Below are positions 42,946 to 55,356 of a stretch of DNA of 64,000 nucleotides, in pieces. The stretch spans positions 10,991,607 to 11,055,606 of the forward strand of contig OZ199838.1 of NCBI GenBank assembly GCA_964304625.1. The letters run 5' to 3'. Source of the stretch: Kudoa neothunni. Taxonomy: Eukaryota; Animalia; Cnidaria. Each line of letters begins with the position of its first letter. The first letter of the stretch is position 1. Both the position numbers and the translations under genes were made by a program. The notes below the pieces were generated by a model. The model did not search any database. It was not told the origin of the DNA and worked only from the letters and a program-made list of their open reading frames with translations.

Positions 42946-44500
42946 ATGTCAATATCCAACGTATTCTTATCATTTCCTATTTTAGTTTTGTATTGTTCTA
43001 TGTGAATTTTTTTAATGTCAATCCAGCGCGTCATTTTGCTATTTCTTAAGTTAGTCAACAAATTTTTTAGTCAATCATTAGACTTAAGTGACGAGTGTTT
43101 TTAATGAGGAATTTTTGTCGATAATAAATTACTTATTCAAAGTTTAGCGAAGAATTCTTGGATTTTAATAGTAGTGAAGTAGATCTTTTAAAAGTTATTG
43201 CGACGATGGAAACTCGTTATCTTTGCAGTAAAACAAAGTTTACAATACAACTAAGAAACTTAGAATTTAATTTAATTTAAATCAACTGAATTAAACATAA
43301 TATTATTGTTACGTCAGCGAGGTAGAACCCCTGGCGCAACCTATTAAACTAAGAAGTTAGGCTGATAAGGTCGACTCCATGAACCCTGCAGATTTAACAT
43401 AATGAAGAAAAATGTAGACATTCGCCTTGTGTTTCTGTAACAGTGTGGAGATATAATCCAGAAAATATGCTCATCTCCGAGACAAAAAATTATAACTTGG
43501 CCTCAACTAATTTCAAGAACGTTCGTTCTGAGGAACCAAAGATTCTTATTCTTAATACATTCCTCTCTTATTCATACCAAACTATAATTACTCTTAAATC
43601 TCCCATTATAATATGCATGCATTCTAACCACAATTCGTTTTATGGAATAAGAACGCAGAAGTAGTTGACATATTCGGAACCTAAAATCGCGATATCCCAA
43701 GTAGGAATTCAATAATCAAACACCCATACACCGTACAGAGATATAAATTATAATTTTTTCTAAATAACGCTGTATTTTGATCCATTCGTGTTTTGTATGT
43801 CGTTTAGGACACACCAAAAATTGTTTGAAATTTTTAAATGTTGAAATTATTTTCTAACAACAATACATTTGAAGTTTGTAAATTAGAGTTATGATAATAA
43901 TATTTATATTTTATAGTAAATAAATAATTTCACTATCCATATATCATTGAATTTTTGCATTCGATGTTACCGATTCTCAATACCACGAATATTTTTTCTA
44001 TTACATTAATATCTAAATCAGTTAAATATATGTGTGGAGAAAATTTAGTTATACAAATAACATAAAAGTATTGAAGATTAAAATATTTTAGATGCATCAG
44101 TCTCAAGTAATTGCGAAATCATTTTCAAAGTATAATCAATCACACATGAGACGCTTTTAATTCAAAAAAAACGTTCTATTATAATGATTAAAATAGAATT
44201 AATCTTCTAATAATTAAATTAATCATAAAATAGGTTAAGTAAAGTTAAAAAAATATTGCAATATTTAAAATCCGCGAACCTGAATGTTATAATATTATAA
44301 TGTCGAGATTCTTACTTTAATTGATAATAAACGATTCCTAAATAAGAGTATCAATATCAAGAATTACCTATTTACAAATAATCAAATCCCTTATTGTTGC
44401 CATTATTATTCATATCAATTTAAAATTTAATACACCTAGCAACAAAAATGTTAATCTTATTCAATACTTTTTTATTTGTTATTAATTCTACACTCGAAAC

Positions 44501-45040
44501 CAGGGGTCGGCAACCTGCGGCCCGTCAGCTATTTATATTTGTCCGCCATGCAAATTGACACAAATTTTTCTTAGAAACTAAAGTACCTAAATACGTTTTA
44601 ATTTGTATCTAAATCGTTTTTCCAAGTGTTAACATGTTGTCGCTATAACTTTTTAACCAATTAAATTCATTTTCAGTAAATCAGAAACCTGGAAAAACAT
44701 GACTGCTAAAATAACGTTAAAATTATTTCTATAAAAGTATAAAATATTTAAAAAAAGACATATAGGTACATTTCACGTTATTTGATATCTTCGATAAATC
44801 GTTATTCCATAATTTAAGCACGAGTTGGTTACTCTTTAAAGGAAAATTATTGGTATATAATACTTTTGATTAGTTATACCTTTGTAGTTTAAGTGACTGT
44901 TATTAATTCGAAATTATATATTTCAACTCAAAATTTGAATTTAGATTATTTTACTATTTTTCAAATCGATTCCAATACGGTCGTATTGGAGTTAGTGCAT
45001 GTCTGTTAGGTCCGTCAACCAAAAAGGTTACCGACCCTTG
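44501..45040. mobile_element. hAT MITE, uninterrupted relative of the 17266 element
   Basis: TIRs CAGGGGTCGGCAACC / GGTTACCGACCCTTG. The interior aligns with 17266-17690 plus 19682-19792. Confidence 0.85.
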
Positions 45041-45175
45041 TTCTGAACCCAATGTTTCTCATTTAACCCTTCGATGTCTGGTCGTGGACATAGTGTCCAT
45101 TGATGATTTTCTTAAAATATGATATCCTTTTAAAGTCTCCGAATATTCATATTTCTTGTATTTTATTTTAATGGA

Positions 45176-45715
45176 AGGTTAAAATGTAGAACAGTGGCCG
45201 TAATCCAAATCAGGACCACGGTAAAAATCGAACCTGTTGATTATTTTAATTTTTTGTATTTATCATTTTTTCACCATCAGTAGGTTTTTTTCGGCACTGT
45301 ATTTGTTAACGATAATAATTGCTGTAATCTATCATAAATAACTGCTAGTCTCTCGCAGCTATTTCCACAGGCCGTACCATTTAATCGATCTAGTAAAGTA
45401 TGCTTTATTTATGCTAAAATTTGAGTGTGACAACTATGATTTTTTATCGATTGTCATATTTCATCATTAGCGATTGCCTATTATTAATTCTATCTATAAC
45501 AATAAGAAATTCATATTTTCTGCGAGCATTAGGTGTTAAATTGTATCAGGTCCATAACGTTAATATCAAAAATAATTTATTATAATTAATCCATTCATTC
45601 CTACCATTAAATGTTCAACACATTTCATGCTAAATCATAAAAAATTCGGGATTAATCTACGAACTAATTATAATCTTAAATCGGAAAATATGGCCATTAT
45701 TCTGCATTTTAACCC
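45176..45715. mobile_element. Unclassified MITE inside the piggyBac remnant
   Basis: 23-bp imperfect inverted ends GGTTAAAATGTAGAACAGTGGCC / GGCCATTATTCTGCATTTTAACC. Confidence 0.65.
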
Positions 45716-46618
45716 AATGCAATTCTCATCCGTATATTAAATTTTAGCTAATTTTTAAAGTTTAAGATATATAAATCGTTGATTTAAAAATAGTTTCGTG
45801 CATGCCTGGAGGTGGACACGCTGTTTAGCAAAATGTGTTTTAAATTTACTGTTTTAATAAAAGTTTTATAATATTGATATTTTACGTACCGATTCCGAGA
45901 GGATTATTTTATATTTCCAATTCAAAATTGTTAGGTTAAATTAATTATAGTTGCACAAATTCTAAAAGGAATGTTCACTTCCAAGCGTTTAGGAGGACGA
46001 CACTCCAGTATATCTCCATAGTTTTCTAGGTAATACATTATAAATTCCATAACAATGAGGTTTTAATAAATTGAATTAGTAATGAAACTTTATTTTAAAT
46101 TTTTATTCTTATTTGAGCATAATTATCATTTTTTATGTTTATTCAATTGAGACAAGATATGTCTACAAATAATCGTGGACAGTGCGATTATCTAGTCAAA
46201 TCACAGAGTTATCTTGGTTTTTCATATTTCTCAGAAGTTTCTAATATATTCTCAAACTTTTCCGATACGCCTGTGCTATTCTCCATTAATCTGGAATATC
46301 CTACACCATTTTTTGGATAAAACAGGGTTTTCGTAAGAGGTCATCAGTCTAACAAATAATGGCGAGGTTCTAATGTTTATTTCATCAAAAGATTCTGATA
46401 TAGGTTGATCCTAAAATATTGAAGAAATAGACACAATATTGATAGACCTATTAACAACGAGGACGATAACTCTGATTTTGACAGCGATATAGAAATCGAG
46501 GACTCATCAAACGTCATTCCTGCGGGGAGCACAATGACAAGTAATATTCACAACCAACTGGAATCGAAAGGCGAACAAAATTCTAGAAATATATTTGATA
46601 TAAACTAAGGTTTTACGT

Positions 46619-46720
46619 CAGTGATTCCCCATCGGGATTCACCGAACCCTTAAGGTTCAATGAGCTGGTTGAGGGAGGTTCGACGGACGTGGAAATTTAT
46701 TATTGTTCATTCTGCACAAA
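46619..46720 (+). mobile_element. Left-end fragment of the same hAT family as 34255
   Basis: CAGTGATTCCCCATCGGG...GGTTCAATGAG...GACGGACGTGGAAATTT...TTCTGCACA aligns to 34255-34335. Confidence 0.75.
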
Positions 46721-47752
46721 GTTTTTAACAGATCCAAGAGTACGTAAGGAAGTTCCCAGTTTAATTTAACTACAAAGATTACAACAAAGATTAGAAAGTA
46801 TTTACAAAAATTAACTTTTCTTATTCAAATTATTTATTTTTTAAACTGACAAATTAATGAAAAGTTTTTTCTGTGAAAACCATTCCAACTTTTCACAATA
46901 CATGTAAGTATATAATTAATTTTAAATGTACATTTATTAGTTCACACATCAACAATTCGTCCATTCATTGATAAATATTTATTATTTATAATATTTAAAA
47001 TATTGATTATTTTGCCTGAAAATGTATTTTTTATCTGAAAACTTCATAGAGTAATCATAAAAAGACATGAGGGAAAAAAGTTATTATCCTAAAAAGGAGA
47101 GGTTGGACAAGATCGAAAATGTTGAGATTTACTGTACTAGAACTAGAACTAGACGCTGGATAATAGCTATATTATACAACATAACAGGCGCGACTGCACA
47201 CAATGCATTTCAATTGCATGGGATTAGGATCCTCAATTTCTTAGTTAATACAAACTTCAGTAAAAAAGGTAATTCCTCAAAAAACCGTCAATGGAACTTT
47301 TAGAGAAATTTAAAACAAACATACAAAACAGCAATGAAAAGATAAACGATGGGCCTAGAGAATGCAGTCATAGTGATGTTTCTAACATATTTCCCAATAA
47401 ACAATGATGCATAAACTTCAGTACGTGCGATCAATCCACTTGTGATGAACGAAAAATAAAGTTAATAAAATGTAAAACATGTTTTAATAAATAATTCATT
47501 GTTCATTTATATATTTCAATGTTTTTTAGGGTGGACACAATGTCCTCCTCCAGGCAGGTACGTATGTTTTTTCCTGTGTATCGGAGGGTTAATTCTAAAA
47601 CCATATGAGATTTTGTTAAAAGTATTAAATTCAGAGGCTGAACATCTCTCGGAAAAAATGATGCGAGTAAATAACAACAGTAAAATCACAATACAAATGG
47701 GATAATTAAAACAACGAGCATAGGCTCTCGAAATTATCGCTAGATCATTGAA

Positions 47753-49630
47753 CTATAGGTCATTGAAATGAAGTTGTTTCGTAATTTTTGCATCCTGGAG
47801 GTTATCATCCTGGTTATTTCTTTTCAGAATGAGATGTTTATTAGAATCGCAGTGAGTGAAATAGCCGTAAGGATCATTCATTGATATGGCGTGGGGGAGA
47901 GGAAGCTCGTTTGAAGAACACCAGCTCTGGAAACAGTTGACAGCCTCCTCAAACAAACACTCCATAGTCGCACTATTGAATCCGTCACACATCGATCTAA
48001 ATTCATATAAATTATACGACAATTCTACTCAATCAGAAAAAATTGACGCATACCCAAAGTAAACTCTGAGAATTTTGTCGGAAAATTCTTTAGGAATCAT
48101 ATTACTTACACATTGAGCGCGAAGTTTTGCAAACTGACCATTCTTTGTGTGAAATACAATCGAATTGACAGGATTGGACACACTCAAACCACTGGAAATG
48201 TCTATAATCTCCACATGAAGCAGACTAGGATTGAGAGCGTTTCTTGTGTCGAATCTGAGTATCTCCTGTAATACTTTTGTCTTGAAGTCAGCATTTGATT
48301 GTTTCCCCATAGTAGTTGTTTGATCAAGTGTCACTTGTCCGCACAATTTAAGAATTTTCCGATTGATTATAGAAGTCAAAATATGCTTTGACTTTTCCAA
48401 AAGTGAATCGTTGGAATAGAGTATCTGATAGAAAATATGATCTGTCAATTTTAGAAACAAGGATGGATTGTTCAATGCTTCACTTAACTTAAAATAATGA
48501 TCAGCTGACTTGAGTGCTTCAACTACCATCAGTTCGACTGGTCTTACAGTCTTGTGTTGGTATACTTTTCGATGAAGTCTCCATCTTGAATAAAAAAGTT
48601 CATTCACATTAAGAAATTCTTTATCTCTGGGGCTTATGTGAATGCCATCGAGAGTGGTTTGTAGCAGTTGACAATTTTGAAAGTAGCGTGTATAATCAAA
48701 ATTGCATTTGAGACCGACGTAATGGCAATCTCGCATCATATAATCAAACTTATCGCAATCAATTCCAGTGAATTTGTTGGACACAATTTGAAAAAGAAAC
48801 CATTTTTTAATCCTGAAATTAGGATCATCCCTTAGTGTACAATAGGGTATTGAATTGTCTTCATCACTTTGTCCATTTTCACTAAGGAATGAAATATGTT
48901 CAGCTCCATCACTTTGACTAAGCGATGAGTGTAATTTATCAGCCGGCGTCTCTAATGACGTCATGTACGTTATATTAGAGGGAGATTGTGGATTGTAAAG
49001 AGGGTATTCATCTTGAACAAAATTATCATGATTATCATGAGTGTGTCGATGGGGAATTTTCAGGAGGTTGTGAGGGGTTGCTCCAAGAATCAGTTGTTTA
49101 ATTAGTTTTAGGTCGTTCTCATCCAGCCCCGCAATTTTCATCTGCATGCGTACCTGAGAATTATTTTCGATTAGGTGGTCGATCATTCTACATGACATTT
49201 CCTCATGAGTCCAACGATCGATGTTATTGTCGCTGATTTTTTCAAACATATGTGAAAACGGTCCATGACCAATATCATGTAGTAGACCGGCCAATTCGAC
49301 ACATATGATATCCTTGTTGGTGATCAGTTCACAGGTAAGCTTTGTTTTCAGTTCCAACCCAAGAGGGGATTGGTTTAATCGTTCTTGTAATGTGCGTAGG
49401 AACTCTCGGCACAAATATGCTGTCCCAATCGAGTGCTCAAATCGAGTATGCACTGCGGATGGATAAACAAAGTTGGTAACACCAAGCTGTTTAATATTGC
49501 GTAATCGCTGGAATTGTTCAGTGTCAACAATACTTTTGATTAGCGGTGAAAATGAGATGTTACCATAGAGAACATCATTTACAGCAAGTCTTCTTGACAT
49601 ATAACTGTTGTCGATGCAACCAAGAGACAT
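47753..49630 (-). CDS. SAMHD1: Deoxynucleoside triphosphate triphosphohydrolase SAMHD1-like (HD domain, no SAM domain), two exons
   Basis: Intact motifs FQRLRNIKQLG, HTRFEHSIG, GLLHDIGHGPFSHMFE, HEEMS, IDCDKFDYMMRD and LHRKVYQHK. A 57-nt intron (GTATGC...TTTAG, about 47997-48053) joins ORF 48029..49630 to ORF 47753..48022, whose FQSWC matches FVQWC. Confidence 0.93.
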
Positions 49631-50181
49631 TAAAGCTAATTGGGTTAGTATTGGGCCAACTTGGCGGAGGTATTAGTAGCTAATCACTTTTGTATTATCT
49701 TCACCAATAATATTTATCAGTTTCAAGCCGATCAACTTTTAACACAAAATAATGCCAAAAGTTTTTTAAATTTTGTACTTTTCACTGCTAATTTGTAGCA
49801 GTGGAAAAAATACTCTTAGTTGTTAGAAAACCGAACATTATCGAACAAATCATTAAACAGAGAATAACGTTCGTATTCTATCGTAAACAATATTTCTCGT
49901 TCGGCTGCACAATCGAACTCTTTTTACCACTATAATGTAGCTATTTCAGCAAAATAAAACGTTCGGCGTATCAACAATAATTACAAATTACAAATTAATT
50001 ACAATTCATACCGTGCAACTTTGTGAGATACAATATAAAAAATAAATTTATCGAATTTTGCGCAAAGTGTTGACGATTTTAAATTAAGTTCTTGCGGTCC
50101 CTTAATATTGTTTCGTATTGAAGTCGAGTTAGGAAGTTGTTAATATAACACCGCACGTAGAAGTAGTTCACACTTTCCATT

Positions 50182-53100
50182 ATGGACCTCATAAGAAATT
50201 CAACACTAATGTTTGGCACACCACTTGCCTCGCTAGCCTTCAGCGAATCTATCAAATTGTCGATAATTTTCATCTACGCTATCCGCTGTCTTCTTTACAT
50301 TAATTCGAATATGGGTGGATACGAAAGATATTAGTAAGTGCAACTACAAACACACCCTTCTGTTAATCTATTTCTCTACTGATCGTTTACTACCACTCAT
50401 TGTTGTTTATTTTTAGTAATAAAGGATCGCGTACTTCATACTTTATTGATTATTTGATGTTCCTGCTGGTGCCTCTTATATCGTTGTCATCGATATGTGA
50501 CGATTTTGCAATTGTGGTTTCAGCTACGGTGGCTATAGTTTTGTCGTCTCTCCAGAAAGCTCATACGTCTCGTCAAAAACTCTGTCTCATACTTGAAAGT
50601 GAGGCAGATTATAAGCTTAGTGTTCCGGCGGTGAAACCGTTAGTCACCTTGTTTATAATGTGTCTAATCATGTTTGGGGAACCATCCAAATATAATGACT
50701 TGATTAATTACATTGTTTCAAGCTGTCTAACGACATATATTTTATTCGGGATAGTGTTTTCAAAGAGTAATTGTAATTTTTGAGATTCCCGCTGAATTTT
50801 TTGAGTGTAGAAGGCGATTGTAACTCGATGAATTGGACAAAATATGCGTTTAAAAAATTATCCATTCTACCAATTGTCATCTGTTTAATGTCATTCGATA
50901 ACTTCTTCTCGCCAATCTACCCCATAATATTCCACGCTTTGGTCTTTATGGTAGAAATGTTGATGAAATCAGTGTTGATTTTGAATTTTTGTTTCTAGCC
51001 AGTCATTAAAAGATACATACGAAAGCTTTCTCTGAGAAATATCCTGTTTATTTGCTTGATCACGATGTGTGTATTGGTCGCAACTCTTTCTGATAACCAC
51101 AAACATTCAAAAACAGCATTACAAATACGAACTATATGCCACTGTAATCTGTTGGTTATCATTCTTGGGACATTTTTCATTAAATGTCTAGAAAAAAAGT
51201 AAGTTTTAATTTGGTCATATGATATAAATTAGGTTATATTCAATTCTGGACAGTACGGTGGGCAAATAATAATACGTAATCCCCTTCGGGGTCACAAAAG
51301 AATTACGTACTCAAAATTGCAACCGATAATGCGCAATCTTAGGCGCACGCGATTATTTTTTCTTTGTATTTTCGTTGTTATTCAGCGTGAGTTAGAGAAC
51401 TTCGATTTAAATTAAGATAATTAAAAATATATTCTTAAGATTATTTTATTGAAAAATAATATGTCATTCTTGTTTAAATAATAATTAAACCAATATTTTT
51501 CATAATATGCGTAAACAATTTAAAAATTATTACAGAATAATTGGTTTATTTATTGAATTTGTTGTCTAACTATTAACTGATGTGTAAATTTTGTTCATTA
51601 TTTTATTGAATAAAATAAGGAAGTGGTTATTAGCACGGTAAATACTATTTAGGTGCTACTAATTAAATATAGCAGATTCTAAAAATTAAATCTGTAGACA
51701 GCTTGTGAATAGGGGATGATGAGATTTAAAATAGTCATTACGGCAACGTACATGCCGTTTAGGATTAGAATTTACTGTGCCAATAGCCTCCACCATAAAA
51801 TATTATATTTGTTAAATCAATCGTTTAGGTTTTTAATGAGCTCTTTTGTATTTTGCTTAAGTAAAAATTGTAACAATACAAAAAATATTAAAAATTGTTC
51901 TATTAATCACTGTTATTGAATATTATTAAATTTTTGTTTAGTCATAAAAGAATTTAAAAATTTAATTGATTTTTTTAAGTTTAAAATTTCCTCAGTGTCC
52001 GCTTTGAGAACCAGCAAATTTTAACCACTATTAGCCAAGATGTGATTTCGTGGGATCACACGTAAAAAATTTTCTCCCAATCTAATGATACATGAATATA
52101 TTAAATGATGAACCTAAAATCTATGTGATTAATATTATACTTGATAGAGCAGGGCTTTCCAATTGAAAGTCAAACGATTCACATTGGATGAGTATGATCA
52201 ATATGCAGGATATTTCCAAAATTATTCCACACATTTTCAGTTCGTTACTTAGATGCAAGCCAAGCATTAGTTTGGAATTATTTTTCTGATTTTAGACAGA
52301 TGCTTTGGCGAATAATTACAATTTGAATTATTAAGTACAAACCATTCCTTATAAATACAGTAGGCAACCGATTTCGCACAATCCCTTTTAGAATATGGAA
52401 AAAATGTGTAAAATCGATTTCTACCAATTTTGTACACTTTTCCACTCATGCACATAATAATAAATATCCCGTTTGGGGATCGTAAAATAAAAAATTGGCG
52501 TACTTTTTATCTACGGAATACAAATAAATTTCTATTATATGAAAGAAAGAAAAAAAGCGACTCTTAGTGTTTATTGTTGAAAAAATCAGTTATTTGGGAT
52601 TGTGTCATATTTTGAACCAATATATTGTGTATATCACTTTCCAGTTGCAATAATATTCGAAAACGACTAAATCTTCTTTAAGTATGGAAAAAATCTGCTC
52701 ATATTTCGGATAATGCCATTTAGAGTTACTGTATTTAATGTATTAAAATGTTTTAAAAGAGTTATCTTTTTATTTTTTATTGGGAAAATTTCAATATATT
52801 TTATAGTTTATTATTTTTACGTTTTTAACTTGTTTGTGTTTATATTTTTCATTTTTCTGGGAGTAATGATACATTGATCAACAAGTTTCCGACAAAGGGG
52901 TGCAAAATCGACAAGGCACATGATTTTACATATATTTTGCATAATTTACAGTCCATTATGTAAACCGAAATTACCGTTAAGTTGAATATATTTGTTTATA
53001 TAAACATTTATAATTATAATTAAGTAACTTTACAAAAAGTGCGTAAAATGAGTTGGCAATTGTGTTCTTTTTCTTTTTTAATCCAAATAGATAAGCGAAA

Positions 53101-54216
53101 TAATAAGAATTTTCCTGCATATCAATAAGTTGTTAGAAGTAAGTTTTAAGTAATAATTTTTTTAAAATATTTAAATTAGAAATTAGTTCAAAAAAGTTAT
53201 GTATAGAATGAGTTCATTAAAAATAAGTGTAAGAATTAAAAGTTAAACAATTTATCTATATTGAAACATTATAAAACTTCCCTATAGAATTTAAAAATCT
53301 ATATTTAATCCTTAAGTTACCTTTGTTTGGCTTCCGAAATTTAATGCGAAATTTACGTACCGTACATGAGGGATGGAAATATTCATACATGCCTCATGGA
53401 TCGTAGATCATAGATGGGTGCAAACTTAAAAAGCCTAATTTTAAGTTGAGAAGTGCTTCCATAGACACAACCTTCTTTTATTGTGCCGATTGTTACACTT
53501 AGATTTACACGTATATTTACTTAGAACCATGTCGTATGCTGTGAAAAGGACTTGCTATTGGTTGTATGCATTCGTTTTGCCGACGACATTTTTTTGTTTT
53601 CGATACACTACATTCGGGCATGCTTCACTTATGGACTACCCAGAAATGGTTATTTGGACCACTCATGTATTTTTTGACGTCAATTTTACAAATGAATCAT
53701 TACTAACGTCTACCCTTATCTAGTATATAAGCAATATGTTATTCTACAATGCTCTGATTCTACAACAGGTCTACATACTCTACTTCAACTCATGTTATAA
53801 TAGAGGTATTATATGTATGAGGTATTCATTACAAATTCATTGTCCCGTGTAGAAGTTCAGTCAACTATAATTGTAATCCCGTTTTTCGAGCATTTTATGT
53901 TTTTGACCAAAATCACCACAAAACACAAAATTGCCATGATTTTGGCATGTACAATATATAGAATGATGTGTGATGATATATATGCTAATCTTGTACCCTT
54001 GGATACATCTATTTTGGCCTATGCCATATGTACATTTATGTATTCTTGCTTCAAATTTTTTTTATTAAATTTTGTTATGAGTTGACTTCTTGTTTATTTC
54101 ATTTGCGTTATACAAATCCGAAAATTGTTTTTCTTGGACGCGATGTTCCTACCGCAGCCAAACTCAAACTATCAATAGATTCATTTAAGGTTGGGGGTTT
54201 GCTCGCGCATCTCTAA
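50182..54216 (+). CDS. Uncharacterised multi-pass membrane protein, multi-exon, with one ~2.2-kb intron
   Basis: Frame-consistent chain of hydrophobic exons from MDLIRNSTLMFGTPLASLAF...YERY|YNKGSRTSYFIDYLMFLLVPLI to about 51252, resuming at about 53446 (EKCFHRHNLLLLC...CYWLYAFVLPTTFF). Family not recognised; it could be two genes. Confidence 0.55.
51256..53362. mobile_element. Possible decayed TA-flanked Tc1/pogo-type insertion
   Basis: Weak inverted ends TA|CGGTGGGCAAAT and ATTTACGTACCG|TA. The left-end sequence CCCCTTCGGGGTCACAAAAGAATTACG resembles the inverse of the Tigger end at about 21670-21690. Confidence 0.4.
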
Positions 54217-54240
54217 GCATAATTAACAGCACTATTCAGG

Positions 54241-55356
54241 ATGGAAAACGACGTACTCAAATTGGGTTAGTGCATCCCTAATCGGTTTTATTGTTTATCA
54301 ATTTTCTTAGACTTAAAGAATATCAATTCCATCGAAAATTTTAATATCCTAAGGTGCATTAATTCATTTTGAGAGTGATTAGTTCACAATGTTATAGTAA
54401 ATACACCGAAGAAGAACTTAAAGAAATATTGAACCAGATATGGACTAATAAGGGTATTTTTATGACTTTTCATACAGTTAATAGCTATTTTACATCTTTA
54501 GTTTCACATATACATTATGTGCGAGAGAGGAATAGAGTTTTGAAAATACTACGAAAGAGTATGGCGCAAGAAAGTATATGAATATGACTTGATGTAATAA
54601 TTTATGATTGTTATAGGATCTTCTTATGAGGATAAAGTAGTTTCTGGGGATATCACACGTTATCAACTTAAACGAATAATCTTTTAAAATTTAGAAACGA
54701 AAATTAGAAGAAGAGAAACAAAATAGCCTAAGTAGTCTTAAAGAGATCTTAAATGTATTTTTATTGCTGGTTGTTTTGGTGATAATTTTTGTGCACGTAG
54801 AAAATGAAAACAAAATTCAAAGACGACCTCGTTAAAGAGTTAGAACAAGAGAAAAAAAATGTCGACAACGAAATCGATTCCATGACCGTCTCTAGTGATA
54901 TCAAACATTCATCCGATAAACTCATGCCCGTCACTAGGAAATTACGCAAAAGAGGCGCTGGAAACAATAATGGTTTGTTGGTTATGGGATTATTTTATTA
55001 GTTTCACGTAACATATGTAGGAAACGATTCCAATAACAATGTGTTAATGGCTTTTTTCCTATAATCCATTCTCGTTCGGATCTGCTCAGTCGATGAACAA
55101 TTATCCGGATATCTCATTTCTACCGCCTATGACACCCCAGGTGAAATCAAACGAAAAAATGGAAGTATGTTTATTTTTTATGTGTTTATTATTATTACTA
55201 CTTCGTAAGAACTTGTATTTAATAAACTCTCCAGTGCCGAAATTAACATTGACCTTGAGAAGTTGACGAGAATTCGCGCTAACGCTGTGTATGTTCTTTT
55301 TCTCGAATATTACTTCATAATAGTTTTCATATTAGACTTCTAAAAAGAAGAAGTAG
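54241..55356 (+). CDS. SUDS3: Sin3-HDAC complex subunit SDS3/BRMS1 family protein, multi-exon
   Basis: Coiled-coil exons, then KTKFKDDLVKELEQEKKNVDNEIDSMTVS...MPVTRKLRKR, matching SDS3 '[25 protein letters not shown]...PIMTRKLRRR'. Confidence 0.78.

Larger units (their letters stand above)
45067..47588 (+). mobile_element. Decayed piggyBac element carrying nested insertions
   Basis: Ends TTAA|CCCTTCGAT and ATCGGAGGG|TTAA. Subterminal GTGGACATAGTGTCC / GTGGACACAATGTCC. The ORF at 47067 contains YCTRTRTRRWIIAILYNI...AHNAF, like piggyBac 'Y...RKTRRWP..IFY...D....NA'. Confidence 0.82.

Noticed and set aside
47997-48053. In-frame TGA between the two SAMHD1 ORFs suggested readthrough or selenocysteine
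   Set aside because: The stop lies inside a 57-nt GT-AG intron whose removal restores the frame.
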